Shown here: piece after piece, positions 9,775 through 18,883 of the stretch | Position numbering within the stretch: position 1 is the first letter of the stretch | Layout of the letters: each line of letters begins with the position of its first letter | Assembly: GCA_964599875.1 (NCBI GenBank) | Contig: CAZRHE010000001.1 | Location: forward strand, 59,411-123,410 | Source: an uncultured Bacteroidaceae bacterium | GTDB lineage: Bacteria; Bacillota; Clostridia; Christensenellales; CAG-917 | DNA length: 64,000 nucleotides | Reading direction: 5' to 3' | Position numbers and translations under genes: made by a program | Notes under the pieces: model-generated | What the model saw: the letters and a program-made list of their open reading frames with translations, nothing else | Told to the model about the DNA's origin: nothing | Databases searched by the model: none

Positions 9775-9935
9775 GGCTTTCGGGCGCGACGCACTTTTTT
9801 TCCGTTCCCGTCCCGACGCAAAAATCAATCCATTTTGGTTTTTGCACAAAATGACTTTTATAAGCACGAAACGCACGGATAAACTATGCGTTTTGCAAAT
9901 AATAACAAAATTCCGATTTCGGAAAAGGAGTATAT

Positions 9936-10763
9936 ATGAGCGATTGCAATCACGATTGCAGCAACTGCGGAGAGAATTGTCCTTCCAAAAAACAAAGCCT
10001 TCTCGAACCGCAAAATCCGATGAGTAACGTCAAAAAGGTCATCGGCGTAGTCAGCGGCAAAGGCGGCGTCGGCAAGTCCCTCGTCACTTCCATGCTTGCG
10101 GTTTTATCCAATCGCAAAGGGTTCAAGACCGCCGTTCTCGACGCGGATATCACGGGCCCTTCCATCCCCAAGGCGTTCGGCATCAAGGAGAAGGCACCCG
10201 CTCTCGACGAGCATAACATTCTCCCCGTCCGCACCGCAAAAGGCATAAAGGTTATGTCCATAAATCTCCTTCTCGACGACGAAACAAGTCCCGTCGTATG
10301 GAGAGGTCCTATCATCGCGGGAGTCGTCAAACAATTTTGGTCTGACGTCGTTTGGGACGACATAGACTATATGTTCGTCGATATGCCTCCCGGAACGGGC
10401 GACGTGCCTCTCACCGTCTTCCAATCCCTCCCCGTAGACGGAATCGTCATCGTCACCTCTCCTCAAGAGTTGGTGTCTATGGTCGTCGAAAAGGCGGTCA
10501 ATATGGCGAAGATGATGAATATCCCCATCCTCGGGCTCGTCGAAAATATGTCCTGCTACGTCTGCCCCGATTGCGGAAAAGAAATCCCGGTATTCGGTGA
10601 AAGCAAAGCGGACGAAACCGCAAAACGTTTCGGCATAAAGAACGTCGCGCGCATCCCTATCAATCCCGAAATCGCGGCTCTGTGTGACAAAGGTCTTATC
10701 GAACTTTATGAAGGAAATTGGCTCGACGACCTTTCGGACAGCATAGAAAAGGTGACAAAATGA
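9936..10763 (+). CDS. Mrp/NBP35/ApbC-family Fe-S cluster carrier ATPase
   Basis: Cys-rich N-terminus CNHDCSNCGENC, deviant Walker A SGKGGVGKS, and CxxC (CYVCPDCG). Confidence 0.85.
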   Translation: MSDCNHDCSNCGENCPSKKQSLLEPQNPMSNVKKVIGVVSGKGGVGKSLVTSMLAVLSNRKGFKTAVLDADITGPSIPKAFGIKEKAPALDEHNILPVRTAKGIKVMSINLLLDDETSPVVWRGPIIAGVVKQFWSDVVWDDIDYMFVDMPPGTGDVPLTVFQSLPVDGIVIVTSPQELVSMVVEKAVNMAKMMNIPILGLVENMSCYVCPDCGKEIPVFGESKADETAKRFGIKNVARIPINPEIAALCDKGLIELYEGNWLDDLSDSIEKVTK

Positions 10764-11020
10764 AACATTTTTCCTATAGAACGCAGGGCGTTTGCTCTCA
10801 AATGATAGATTTCGACTTGGACGGCGACGTCGTGCGCAACGTCAAGTTTTTCGGCGGCTGCGACGGCAATCTAAAAGCGATCGCAATCCTCACCGACGGC
10901 ATGACCGTAAGCGAAATCGAATCAAAACTCAAAGGCAATAAGTGCGGCTTCAAGAACACCTCTTGCGCCGACCAATTCGCACGTGCGGTCAGAAAAGCAC
11001 TCGACTCCCCCGCAGAATAA
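10760..11020 (+). CDS. TSCPD-domain protein (TIGR03905-like)
   Basis: CSQMIDFDLDGDVVRNVKFFGGCDGNLKAI...KCGFKNTSCADQ. Start re-set to the ATG at 10760, which overlaps the Mrp stop as ATGA. Confidence 0.7.
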   Translation: MKHFSYRTQGVCSQMIDFDLDGDVVRNVKFFGGCDGNLKAIAILTDGMTVSEIESKLKGNKCGFKNTSCADQFARAVRKALDSPAE

Positions 11021-11064
11021 TTAGCGCCAGTCGCTTAAAGTACACACTCATATAAGAGGAAATC

Positions 11065-12090
11065 ATGCTTAACTTCTTTGAAGTCACAGGAACGGACTAC
11101 GAGATGGGGTTCGCCATCGGCAATAAGTTCAAAAACTACTTGCAAAATCGCATTGCGGAATTCGACGAAAAAGCGCCGAAGTACGCAAATTATATAAACG
11201 CTATCGAAGAGAAACTCGAATCGGGTTTCCCGTATCTTCTTCAAGAAATCTACGGTCGCGCGGACGGCGCGGAAATTTCAAGGAAGAGTTATCTTCTTAT
11301 GCTTTTCCCCGAACTATTCCGCAAAACCGAGGGTTGCACCACCCTCGTCGTCAAAAAGTCGGACGGCTCCGTCTTGTTCGCGCACAACGACGATAACGAG
11401 TGCTTCGATCTCGGCAACACCGCCCTCATAAAATATAATTACGGCGACCATTATATCATTTCCTATACTATGGTGGAAAGGCTCTCGGGTAGCGCGTTTT
11501 CGGTAAGCGGCAAAGGTATGGTTTTTTCAAGCAACTATATCTTCGGCAACAATCTCAACCTCGACAACCTCTCCCGCTATATCGTCGTGAGGGACGTCAT
11601 AAACTCCGCAAGCATAGACGAGGCACTCGAAAAACTCCACTCCACCGACGTGGCGTCCCCTTTCAGTCTTAATATGCTCGAACTCGGCACGGGTAGAGTC
11701 GTCAACGTCGAAAAGGACGTCCACTCCATCTATGTCACCGAAATCGACGACCGCTATGCAAGGTCAAACCACTTCCACACCAAAAAGGGCGATAGCACCA
11801 CCGCAACCGAGGATTCCAAATTCAGATACAAAAAAGCAAACGAACTCATCCGCACGCTTGACGCCACCGCCTGCTCCCTCGACGACCTAATCTCAATCCT
11901 CAGATATCGCACGGCAGTCTACAACGAGAGCATCTACAAGCAATACGGCGACTACGAAGGCATCTGGGTGACCGACGCAACCCTCGCAGTCGACACCTCC
12001 GACGACTTCTTCACCGTCTACGACTACATGGGAAACTCCGTCCTCAAAATCTCCCTCGACGGCACCCTCCTCTCCCAATCCGCCCTCTAA
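11065..12090 (+). CDS. C45-family peptidase / acyl-CoA:6-APA acyltransferase-like Ntn hydrolase
   Basis: 341 aa. The GCTTLVV nucleophile-Cys context followed by FAHNDD is typical of the family. Confidence 0.65.
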   Translation: MLNFFEVTGTDYEMGFAIGNKFKNYLQNRIAEFDEKAPKYANYINAIEEKLESGFPYLLQEIYGRADGAEISRKSYLLMLFPELFRKTEGCTTLVVKKSDGSVLFAHNDDNECFDLGNTALIKYNYGDHYIISYTMVERLSGSAFSVSGKGMVFSSNYIFGNNLNLDNLSRYIVVRDVINSASIDEALEKLHSTDVASPFSLNMLELGTGRVVNVEKDVHSIYVTEIDDRYARSNHFHTKKGDSTTATEDSKFRYKKANELIRTLDATACSLDDLISILRYRTAVYNESIYKQYGDYEGIWVTDATLAVDTSDDFFTVYDYMGNSVLKISLDGTLLSQSAL

Positions 12091-12172
12091 ATCATAACTC
12101 ACAAAAAAACAACGCCCCCGAATCAAACCTTTCGAGGGTGTTTTATTACCGCCGTATTACAAAATTCAAGAC

Positions 12173-12334
12173 GAAGTCGAGCAAGATTACACCCTATACG
12201 ACAAAATCATAAATAGCCTTAATTTGACGGACAACATGCGCGTTGCTTTAGAATGCCGTATAAAAGGTTTGAGTTACCCCGAAATAGGACGAGTTCTTTC
12301 ACACACAATCCACTGTATACGAATATTTCACTAA
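12173..12334 (+). pseudogene. Possible remnant of a sigma-70 region-4 / LuxR-type HTH gene (C-terminal fragment only)
   Basis: In-frame translation gives ...LNLTDNMRVALECRIKGLSYPEIGRVLSHTIHCIRIFH*. There is no usable start or RBS, and the upstream in-frame stretch runs into the C45 terminator. Confidence 0.25.
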
Positions 12335-12419
12335 AATGCGACAACGTTATATTGCGATTTATTGGTAATGAGATATTCGTTATAATTATTTTAACAAATA
12401 ACCTAATCAAGGGTATTTT

Positions 12420-12447
12420 ACTCAAAAGGCCCGATGGTGGTCGGGCC
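12420..12447 (-). terminator. Rho-independent terminator after the PHP phosphatase gene
   Basis: Minus-strand GGCCCGA-CCACCA-TCGGGCC followed by TTTTGAG. Confidence 0.7.
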
Positions 12448-12490
12448 TGATTTGATGTTACAATTCGTTAATTTTGTGGACGAACAAAAC

Positions 12491-13288
12491 TTATTCAATG
12501 GGGATTTTGGTTTCGACGTGCTTGTGAAAGACGCTGAAATGCGTGAATCCGATTTCTTTCAACAATTTGCACGTTTCGTCGTATTTTTTGACGAGTTCGT
12601 TTCGGTGGGAGTCCGAGCCGAAGGATATTTTTCTTCCGCCGAGTTCGTAATATCTTTTCAGGATTTCGACGGAGGGGAACAACTCCGTATGCGTATTGAC
12701 TTCGAGTGCCTTATTTCTTGCGATTATACCCTTCAAAATTGCGTCGAACTTGTCGGGATAATCCTGATAGCGCAAAGACTTATCTTTGTAAGGCGCGTTT
12801 CTCGTCACGTAGCCGATATGCGCGACGATATCGTATTCGTAAGGCGCGTCGAGGCTTTCCAAAATCGCGTCGAGGTATCCGCTGTACATTTTCGCCTTGC
12901 TCTTGAACCAAAACGCACGCGGGAAATACACGTCCCAGCCGTACACGAAATGCACGGAGTTTATGACCGCGTCGAAGTCGTAACGAGGGAGCAAATCTTT
13001 GAGCACGCTTTCGGCGGGTTTAGACCACCCCGCCTCTATGCCGAAACAAAAATCGAGCCCGTCGTCGGCAAGTGATTCTTTCACCGCAGTCCACTCTTTT
13101 TTATAATCGTCGAGATTGATATGTTTCCACGGAATAGGGGTATGTCCTCCGCACTTCAAATCCATATCCAAGTGGTCGGTTATGCAAAGATAGGACACGC
13201 CGTTTGCCTTCGCCTGTCTTACGATTTCGGCAATTTCGTCCTTGCCGTCCGAACTGTGGTGGCTGTGCACGTGGGAGTCGACTTTCAT
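12491..13288 (-). CDS. PHP-domain phosphatase (histidinol-phosphatase HisJ family)
   Basis: MKVDSHVHSHHSSDG...CITDH metal-ligand pattern. Start overlaps the alaS stop as ATGA. Confidence 0.75.
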   Translation of the reverse strand: MKVDSHVHSHHSSDGKDEIAEIVRQAKANGVSYLCITDHLDMDLKCGGHTPIPWKHINLDDYKKEWTAVKESLADDGLDFCFGIEAGWSKPAESVLKDLLPRYDFDAVINSVHFVYGWDVYFPRAFWFKSKAKMYSGYLDAILESLDAPYEYDIVAHIGYVTRNAPYKDKSLRYQDYPDKFDAILKGIIARNKALEVNTHTELFPSVEILKRYYELGGRKISFGSDSHRNELVKKYDETCKLLKEIGFTHFSVFHKHVETKIPIE

Positions 13289-15072
13289 TCGAGAACCGCC
13301 TTTATACGTCTGATTCCCGCCGATGAACTCTGCTCTTTGACGATACGGAATTTTCCGAGTTCACCCGTCGTAGCCGCGTGAGGACCTCCGCAAATCTCCT
13401 TGCTTGAACCTATCGTATACACTTTGACGACTTCGCCGTAGCGATCTCCGAACACGCCGACCGCACCTTGTGCGCGCGCCTCTTCAACGGACATCTCTTC
13501 GCATTTGACGGTAGCGTTTGCGCTTATTTCGCCGTTGACGACGTCTTCGACAGCCTTAATCTCTTCCGCTGTGAGAGGACGAGGGAAGTTGAAGTCGAAA
13601 CGAAGTCTTTCGGGGGTTATATTGCTACCCTTTTGCATAATGCTCTCGTCGCCGAGAACCTTTTTGAGGGCGTAGTTGAGAAGGTGGGTTGCGCTGTGAA
13701 GTCTTGCGGTTTGTTCGCCGCCGTCGGCAAGACCGCCTTTGAATTTTTGTTCCGCACCCGCTTTGGACTTCGCTTGGTGCTCTTCGAACGCCTTGTTATA
13801 TCCCGCCGTATCCACGTCGAATCCGTGTTCTTTTGCGAGTTCCGCCGTCATTTCGATGGGGAAACCGAAAGTATCGTAAAGTCTGAACGCGGTTTTTCCG
13901 GGGAATACTTTCATTCCTTCGGGAAGGTGAGAGAGGATTTTGTCGAATTCTTTAAGTCCTTGCTCGACGGTCTTGGAAAATTTCTCTTGTTCGAGGGTGA
14001 GTTCTTGTTGGATTCTGTCTGCGTTTTCAGCGATATTCTTATACACGTCGCCGTACTTTGCTGCGAACAAAGCGGCTATCTCGTTGATTGCGTCGTAACC
14101 TATGCCGAGAGTTCTGCAATAGCGCATCGCTCTACGAATAAGACGGCGGAGAATGTAGCCTTGGTCGACGTTGGAGGGAGAAATTCCTTTCACGTCCCCT
14201 ATCATAAAGGTTGCCGTACGAGTGTGATCCGCGACTATTCGCATAGCCTTGGTGATTTCTTCGGATTCCTCGTATTTCTTACCCGAAAGTTCTTCGAGTT
14301 TCTTGATTGCGAAATCGAAAAGGTCGGTTTCGTACACAGACTTATATCCGTTCAAAATGCAAAGCATTCTTTCAAAGCCCATACCTTGGTCAACGTTCTT
14401 TTTCTCCATAGGCGCATACTTGCCTTCGGCGTCCTTGAAGTATTGCATAAAGACGTTGTTGCCGATTTCGAGATATTTTCCGCAATCGCAAGCGGGCGAG
14501 CAATTATCGGAGCAAGCGGGTTTGCCCGTGTCGATGAACATTTCGGTATCGGGGCCGCAAGGACCGGTAACGCCGGCGGGACCCCACCAGTTATGTTTTC
14601 TGTCGAGGAAGAAGATTTGTTCTTCTTTGAGCCCCAAACTACGCCATATATTCGCACTTTCTTCGTCGCGAGGGCAAACGTCGTCGCCCGCAAACACCGT
14701 AACTGCGAATTTGTCGAGGTCGAATTCGAGAGTGTTAATCAAAAAGTCGTACGCCCATTTGATTGCGTCTTCTTTGAAATAGTCGCCGAGGGACCAACTG
14801 CCGAGCATCTCGAAAAACGTGCAGTGAGAGGGGTCGCCGACTTCGTCGATATCTCCCGTACGGACGCAAATTTGAACGTCGGTAAGACGGTTGCCCGCGG
14901 GGTGTTTTTCACCGAGAAGATACGGCACGAGGGGGTGCATTCCCGCCGTCGTAAACAACACGGTCGGGTCGTTTTCGGGGATGAGGGACGCCGCTTGAAT
15001 GACGGCGTGAGAATGTGCGCGATAAAAATCAAGGTATGCTTTGCGCAGTTCTACGGAATTGAGTTTTTTCAT
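13285..15072 (-). CDS. alaS: Alanine-tRNA ligase, compact 595-aa form with no C-Ala domain
   Basis: Class-II AlaRS motifs FTTAGM, FFEMLGSWSLGDYFK and GMGFERM. Editing-site zinc motifs HSATH (aa 459) and CGGPH (aa 561). The protein ends at IRRIKAVLE. Confidence 0.85.
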   Translation of the reverse strand: MKKLNSVELRKAYLDFYRAHSHAVIQAASLIPENDPTVLFTTAGMHPLVPYLLGEKHPAGNRLTDVQICVRTGDIDEVGDPSHCTFFEMLGSWSLGDYFKEDAIKWAYDFLINTLEFDLDKFAVTVFAGDDVCPRDEESANIWRSLGLKEEQIFFLDRKHNWWGPAGVTGPCGPDTEMFIDTGKPACSDNCSPACDCGKYLEIGNNVFMQYFKDAEGKYAPMEKKNVDQGMGFERMLCILNGYKSVYETDLFDFAIKKLEELSGKKYEESEEITKAMRIVADHTRTATFMIGDVKGISPSNVDQGYILRRLIRRAMRYCRTLGIGYDAINEIAALFAAKYGDVYKNIAENADRIQQELTLEQEKFSKTVEQGLKEFDKILSHLPEGMKVFPGKTAFRLYDTFGFPIEMTAELAKEHGFDVDTAGYNKAFEEHQAKSKAGAEQKFKGGLADGGEQTARLHSATHLLNYALKKVLGDESIMQKGSNITPERLRFDFNFPRPLTAEEIKAVEDVVNGEISANATVKCEEMSVEEARAQGAVGVFGDRYGEVVKVYTIGSSKEICGGPHAATTGELGKFRIVKEQSSSAGIRRIKAVLE

Positions 15073-15123
15073 ATATCCTCACTTTATCCTGTCGTTTTGA
15101 CAGTTAAACTATATTTTTCGTCG

Positions 15124-16377
15124 TTATATCTCTTCGACGCACGCACCGCATGCACCGAGGATTTCAAAGAAGTTTTTGGGCAAAGTATCTTCGACGATAC
15201 TTTTCGTAAACGAGAATAGCGTCCGTCCGCCCGTGCTTGTTACGCCCAAATTAACCTTAGCGTTTTTGGACACGTTGACGTTGAATATAAGCCTTTTCAC
15301 GCCAAGCGGTTCAGGCATATCCGTGCGTCCGAGATTGGAGAGAATTATGGTTTGTCGCGACTTCAAAAACACGCGGATAAACTTTGCTATTCCCTCTTTC
15401 AGCCACAACGGAGTCAAGCGCAAGAGCAAGGTTTTTTCCGCTCTCACCGTGGTCGAAATCATCGCTTGCAACTTATCTTTCGTCGCGTTTGCGGCAAGTT
15501 GTTTTTTCGCACTCGCAACGTATTCCTCTATGGACGCAAGGGCGCGCGGTTTGAACACGAGTCGCACGAAAGTCACGAAGTTGCGCACGTTGTTCGACGG
15601 AAAAATCGAGCGAAGATTGACGGGTATCATCATCACTATGGGACGACTACAATTCTCCGTTTTCTCTATCGCATAGGCAAGCGTGCCCGCCGTATAAGCG
15701 GTGAAAGTCGCGTCGTTTTGTTTGGCAAGTTTCGACACTTTTTCGTAGTCGCACTCCCCTTTCACGGAGGAATATCCGTTTTCGTCGATAGTGCCATTAA
15801 GAAGGTGGGGGGCGGAGCCCGTCAAACCCTTTATATCTATTCCGCCGAATTTTATCGGAGAGTAGTTCCTTTTAAACGCATCTTCGATTTCGTCTTCCCC
15901 CGCGATTTCGTCGAAGTCTATCGCGCCGTCCACGCCGTCAAAGGAACGACCTTGCAATTCGCGATATTTTTGAATTATACCTTTCAAAAACGTCGTCGCA
16001 CCCGTGCCGTCGCAAAGTCCGTGGAAGATTTCGAGAGAGATTTTATTGCCGTTATACGCCGCGCGAAAAAGATATCCGTTCGTTTTTTCGGGGTCTATGG
16101 GGCAAAGAAGGCTTCCGTCGTCCTCGAACACCTCGACTTTCTCGTCGTTTTGTTCGAGATAATGCCAGTTGTAGCCTTTTTTCAAGCGGACTTTAAAAGT
16201 AGGGAAACGCCCCATCGCGTCGTTTATCGCGCGCGACAGCAAATCCCTATCCACGATTTCGTCGATTTCCGCCTCTATTCTGAAAATACTCTGTGACTTT
16301 TTCGTCGCCATAATCGGATAAAACAGGGACGAATTGTCGAGAGCGTATCTTTTCGGCTTGCAGTCTTTCTTTGCCAT
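15124..16377 (-). CDS. HxxxD-motif acyltransferase (condensation / alcohol-acetyltransferase-like superfamily)
   Basis: 417 aa. FHGLCDGTG matches the HHxxxDG catalytic motif. GGGAGAA RBS upstream. Confidence 0.5.
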   Translation of the reverse strand: MAKKDCKPKRYALDNSSLFYPIMATKKSQSIFRIEAEIDEIVDRDLLSRAINDAMGRFPTFKVRLKKGYNWHYLEQNDEKVEVFEDDGSLLCPIDPEKTNGYLFRAAYNGNKISLEIFHGLCDGTGATTFLKGIIQKYRELQGRSFDGVDGAIDFDEIAGEDEIEDAFKRNYSPIKFGGIDIKGLTGSAPHLLNGTIDENGYSSVKGECDYEKVSKLAKQNDATFTAYTAGTLAYAIEKTENCSRPIVMMIPVNLRSIFPSNNVRNFVTFVRLVFKPRALASIEEYVASAKKQLAANATKDKLQAMISTTVRAEKTLLLRLTPLWLKEGIAKFIRVFLKSRQTIILSNLGRTDMPEPLGVKRLIFNVNVSKNAKVNLGVTSTGGRTLFSFTKSIVEDTLPKNFFEILGACGACVEEI

Positions 16378-16459
16378 AAGGTTCTCCCTTTCAAAGATTT
16401 ATTTTATTATCTTTTCAAAATTATGTCAATCGATAACCGCGCGCGCATATATTATTCGT

Positions 16460-16753
16460 ATGAAAACAGAAAAAAGAGAACTCTCTAACCCCTCGAAAAG
16501 CAAAAATCACCGCCTCGTCCTCGACAATCACAAATCTTTGTCGATAAGCGGAGTAAAAAACGTGCCTACGTTTACGGATAAAGGAATATCCGTCGAATTG
16601 GACGGAGAATCTCTTTTCGTAGGCGGACGGGATTTGCAAGTCAAACGCCTCGACGTGGAAAACGGCGACCTGCTCATCAGCGGATACGTCACTTCCCTCA
16701 AATACGGCGGGCAAAGTCCGTCGGGCGGATTTATAAAGAGGCTACTCAAATGA
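16460..16753 (+). CDS. yabP: Sporulation protein YabP
   Basis: HRLVLDNHKSLSISGVKNVPTF...LQVKRLDVENGDLLISGYVTSLKY is the classical YabP pattern. Start re-set to the ATG at 16460. Confidence 0.8.
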   Translation: MKTEKRELSNPSKSKNHRLVLDNHKSLSISGVKNVPTFTDKGISVELDGESLFVGGRDLQVKRLDVENGDLLISGYVTSLKYGGQSPSGGFIKRLLK

Positions 16754-17064
16754 CCCTCGGCGCATCTTGGAGCGGACAAGCGGCGTATGCGCTTATCTCG
16801 TTTGCTTTCGGAATCGCAGGCGGAATCCCCGCCCTGCTCTATTTCAGAAAATCCGGGAGGGCGGAAAGGTTTCTCACCGACCTTTTCGCTACGATTATAG
16901 TCGGCGGGATTTATATCGCGTCCGTCGAAATCGGCGGCAAGGGACAATTCGCGTGGTATTCCCTTATCTTTTATTTCGCGGGAATTTCCGTGCTATTCAA
17001 AATACGATTTTTTGTTCTTTCTATCCTCGAACGCCGTAGGGTTGGATGCAATGCGAGAAAGTAA
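16750..17064 (+). CDS. yabQ: Spore cortex biosynthesis protein YabQ
   Basis: 104-aa hydrophobic protein, ATGA-coupled to yabP, which is the conserved gene order. Confidence 0.65.
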   Translation: MTLGASWSGQAAYALISFAFGIAGGIPALLYFRKSGRAERFLTDLFATIIVGGIYIASVEIGGKGQFAWYSLIFYFAGISVLFKIRFFVLSILERRRVGCNARK

Positions 17065-17355
17065 TTCCCTTTTCATATCCACGTAATTCGCGCAAAGATT
17101 TATGACGTATCGTTGCCGTTCGTCGTGCGAAAGGCTTTCCATAAACTTTTTATCCGCCAACTGCTCGACGGGATTCGTCACTTCTTCTCCTCTTTCGTAC
17201 AAATCTCTCAACTTCAAAAACACCTCCCTTTCGGATGGTGAAAAACTTTTCGACGGCTCCAAAACGGACGGATAATAATCGTCCTCGATAAGCCGTTTTC
17301 TTGCCTCGACGGCAAGACTTCGGATTGCACATTTAGGGTGTGGAACGTTGCTCAT
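16993..17355 (-). CDS. Hypothetical protein (120 aa)
   Basis: ATG at 17355 is preceded by GGAGGACAAAA. No motif recognised. Its 3' end overlaps the yabQ 3' end by 72 nt (convergent). Confidence 0.45.
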   Translation of the reverse strand: MSNVPHPKCAIRSLAVEARKRLIEDDYYPSVLEPSKSFSPSEREVFLKLRDLYERGEEVTNPVEQLADKKFMESLSHDERQRYVINLCANYVDMKRELLSRIASNPTAFEDRKNKKSYFE

Positions 17356-17426
17356 TTTTGTCCTCCGCCGACATAATAGCACGATAATTTACCCGCGGAG
17401 CATACTCGACAAAACAAGACAATTTA

Positions 17427-18038
17427 TTATTCGAAATCCTCTTCGTCTTCGATAGCGACGGAAGTTTTCGGCGTTTGAATACGTTTTGAAATTTTCACGA
17501 GCCCGCCGTAAAGAGCGATTATCGTGACGAAAGAACTGACGACGTGCACAAGGTCGAACCACAGCCCTCTGACGTAATAAAGGAGCCAATAGGACGCAAG
17601 ATTTTCATCGGGAATAAGTCCTATGACGCAGAGAGTGTCCGTGCAAGCGGACATAACCCCGAACAGCACGCTCCCGACTACGCCTATAATAGTCGCAAGC
17701 CACACGCGTTGTTTTTTTCTGAGGCACGCCCACGAAACGACGGCGAGCAAAGGCCAATAAATGAAGTATAAAATTATCCAACTCGGATATCCCGCGCTCC
17801 CGTAAATTGCGACTTCGACGGCGCAAAATACGAGGGTTGCGGGAAGTGCGTAGCGAAGTCCCCACGCAGAGGCAAACACGATGATAAGCACCGTAACCAC
17901 CTCCACGTTAGGGATAAAAGACAATGCGAATTTGAACGCCGTCAGCATACCCGCCATCAGCGCAACGCGTGCGACGTAAAGCGCACCCGAGCGCGCTTTC
18001 GCCTTTTTGTTATTTTTTGCGTTGTTCACATTATCCAT
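17427..18038 (-). CDS. ECF-transporter S-component-like membrane protein, putative cobalamin or corrinoid transporter
   Basis: 203 aa with about 6 TM segments. Lies 33 nt downstream of the riboswitch-controlled lipoprotein gene with no terminator between them. Confidence 0.5.
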   Translation of the reverse strand: MDNVNNAKNNKKAKARSGALYVARVALMAGMLTAFKFALSFIPNVEVVTVLIIVFASAWGLRYALPATLVFCAVEVAIYGSAGYPSWIILYFIYWPLLAVVSWACLRKKQRVWLATIIGVVGSVLFGVMSACTDTLCVIGLIPDENLASYWLLYYVRGLWFDLVHVVSSFVTIIALYGGLVKISKRIQTPKTSVAIEDEEDFE

Positions 18039-18071
18039 AGTTTAACTATACAAAACAAATAGTTAAAATGC

Positions 18072-18635
18072 TTAATACGACATTTGCGCAAAGTAATAAC
18101 TTGCGCCGTCAACGATAGGAAGCGAAGACACGCCGACGCTCGAATAATAGAACGTAACGCCGCTGTGCTCAAGCGTCTGATAGCCGCCCGTAGGAGTGAA
18201 ATTCCAATCCGCGTCGTAAGTGCCGTTGAGTGTTTTATAGTTCGCGTCGTCTATCGTGTGGAACACGGATATATAATGCGTCGCATCGTAATAAAGGTCG
18301 TTGAGTTTGGTGATGAACGCGCCGTAACTTCCGCCTTGGAACGCAAACGCCGAAATCGAACTGCTCTCGACGAGGTCGCTCAAAACGTAGAACACTTTAT
18401 TTTCTTTCGTCGTCACGGAAATGGGGTCGTCGTCGCCGATATAAATCTTGATATTCTTTTCAAGGTCGTTCGCCTCGTATCCCGTAAGTTTGTCTTGCAG
18501 ACCGTTGATTTGTTGTTGAAGCTCGTCAATCTTGGATTGTCCGCCGTCGTTGCACGCAACGAAGAGCACCGAGCCCAAGCACAACACGAGTGCAAGCAAG
18601 GTTGCCACTAAAATTTTTGATAATTGTTTGGACAT
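18072..18635 (-). CDS. Lipoprotein under cobalamin-riboswitch control, possibly a DUF4430/transcobalamin-like corrinoid binder
   Basis: Lipobox VLFVAC. Start re-set to the ATG at 18635 (GGGAGG RBS). The GAFITKL...LPIVDGASYYF pattern is reminiscent of DUF4430 but unverified. Confidence 0.6.
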   Translation of the reverse strand: MSKQLSKILVATLLALVLCLGSVLFVACNDGGQSKIDELQQQINGLQDKLTGYEANDLEKNIKIYIGDDDPISVTTKENKVFYVLSDLVESSSISAFAFQGGSYGAFITKLNDLYYDATHYISVFHTIDDANYKTLNGTYDADWNFTPTGGYQTLEHSGVTFYYSSVGVSSLPIVDGASYYFAQMSY

Positions 18636-18720
18636 TAAAAAAACCTCCCGTCCTTTTAATCCGCTCCGAGAGGCAACGCGAAAGCGCACCTCCGCTTCCC
18701 TCCGAAACGGTTGTCTTTGT

Positions 18721-18875
18721 TTTCAGGCCGGTCTCCCGACTCGGACGACGTGGGTATCCGTCGGAGTGCCTTCCTCTTTCGAGTGGCATTATCTCATCAC
18801 TTCCTCACGGTAGCGGGGGCTGTGGCGGATTTGCACCGCTCTTCCCGATTATCTTGCTTTCGCAAGCACCTGAAA
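18721..18875 (-). promoter_or_regulatory. Cobalamin (B12) riboswitch aptamer
   Basis: Minus-strand sequence contains AATCGGGAAGAGCGGTGCAAATCCGCCACAGCCCCCGCTACCGTGA, then AATGCCACTC, then a B12 box GAGTCGGGAGACCGGCCTGAAA. P1 pairs TTTCAGG (18875-18869) with CCTGAAA (18727-18721). Downstream, CCUCUCG can pair with the RBS CGGGAGG. Confidence 0.9.
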
Positions 18876-18883
18876 CCTTATTT

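Noticed and set aside
9743-10027. 94-aa plus-strand ORF overlapping the start of the Mrp gene
   Set aside because: It is out of frame with the well-supported Mrp CDS and begins inside the promoter -35/-10 region.
12219-12450. 68-aa minus-strand and 65-aa plus-strand ORFs in the AT-rich gap
   Set aside because: They have no RBS, run through a terminator hairpin, and mutually overlap. Only the HTH-like fragment in another frame looks like former coding sequence.
13468-16296. Plus-strand ORFs of 583, 177, 166 and 314 aa
   Set aside because: They are antisense to alaS and the HxxxD acyltransferase, both of which are unambiguous on the minus strand.
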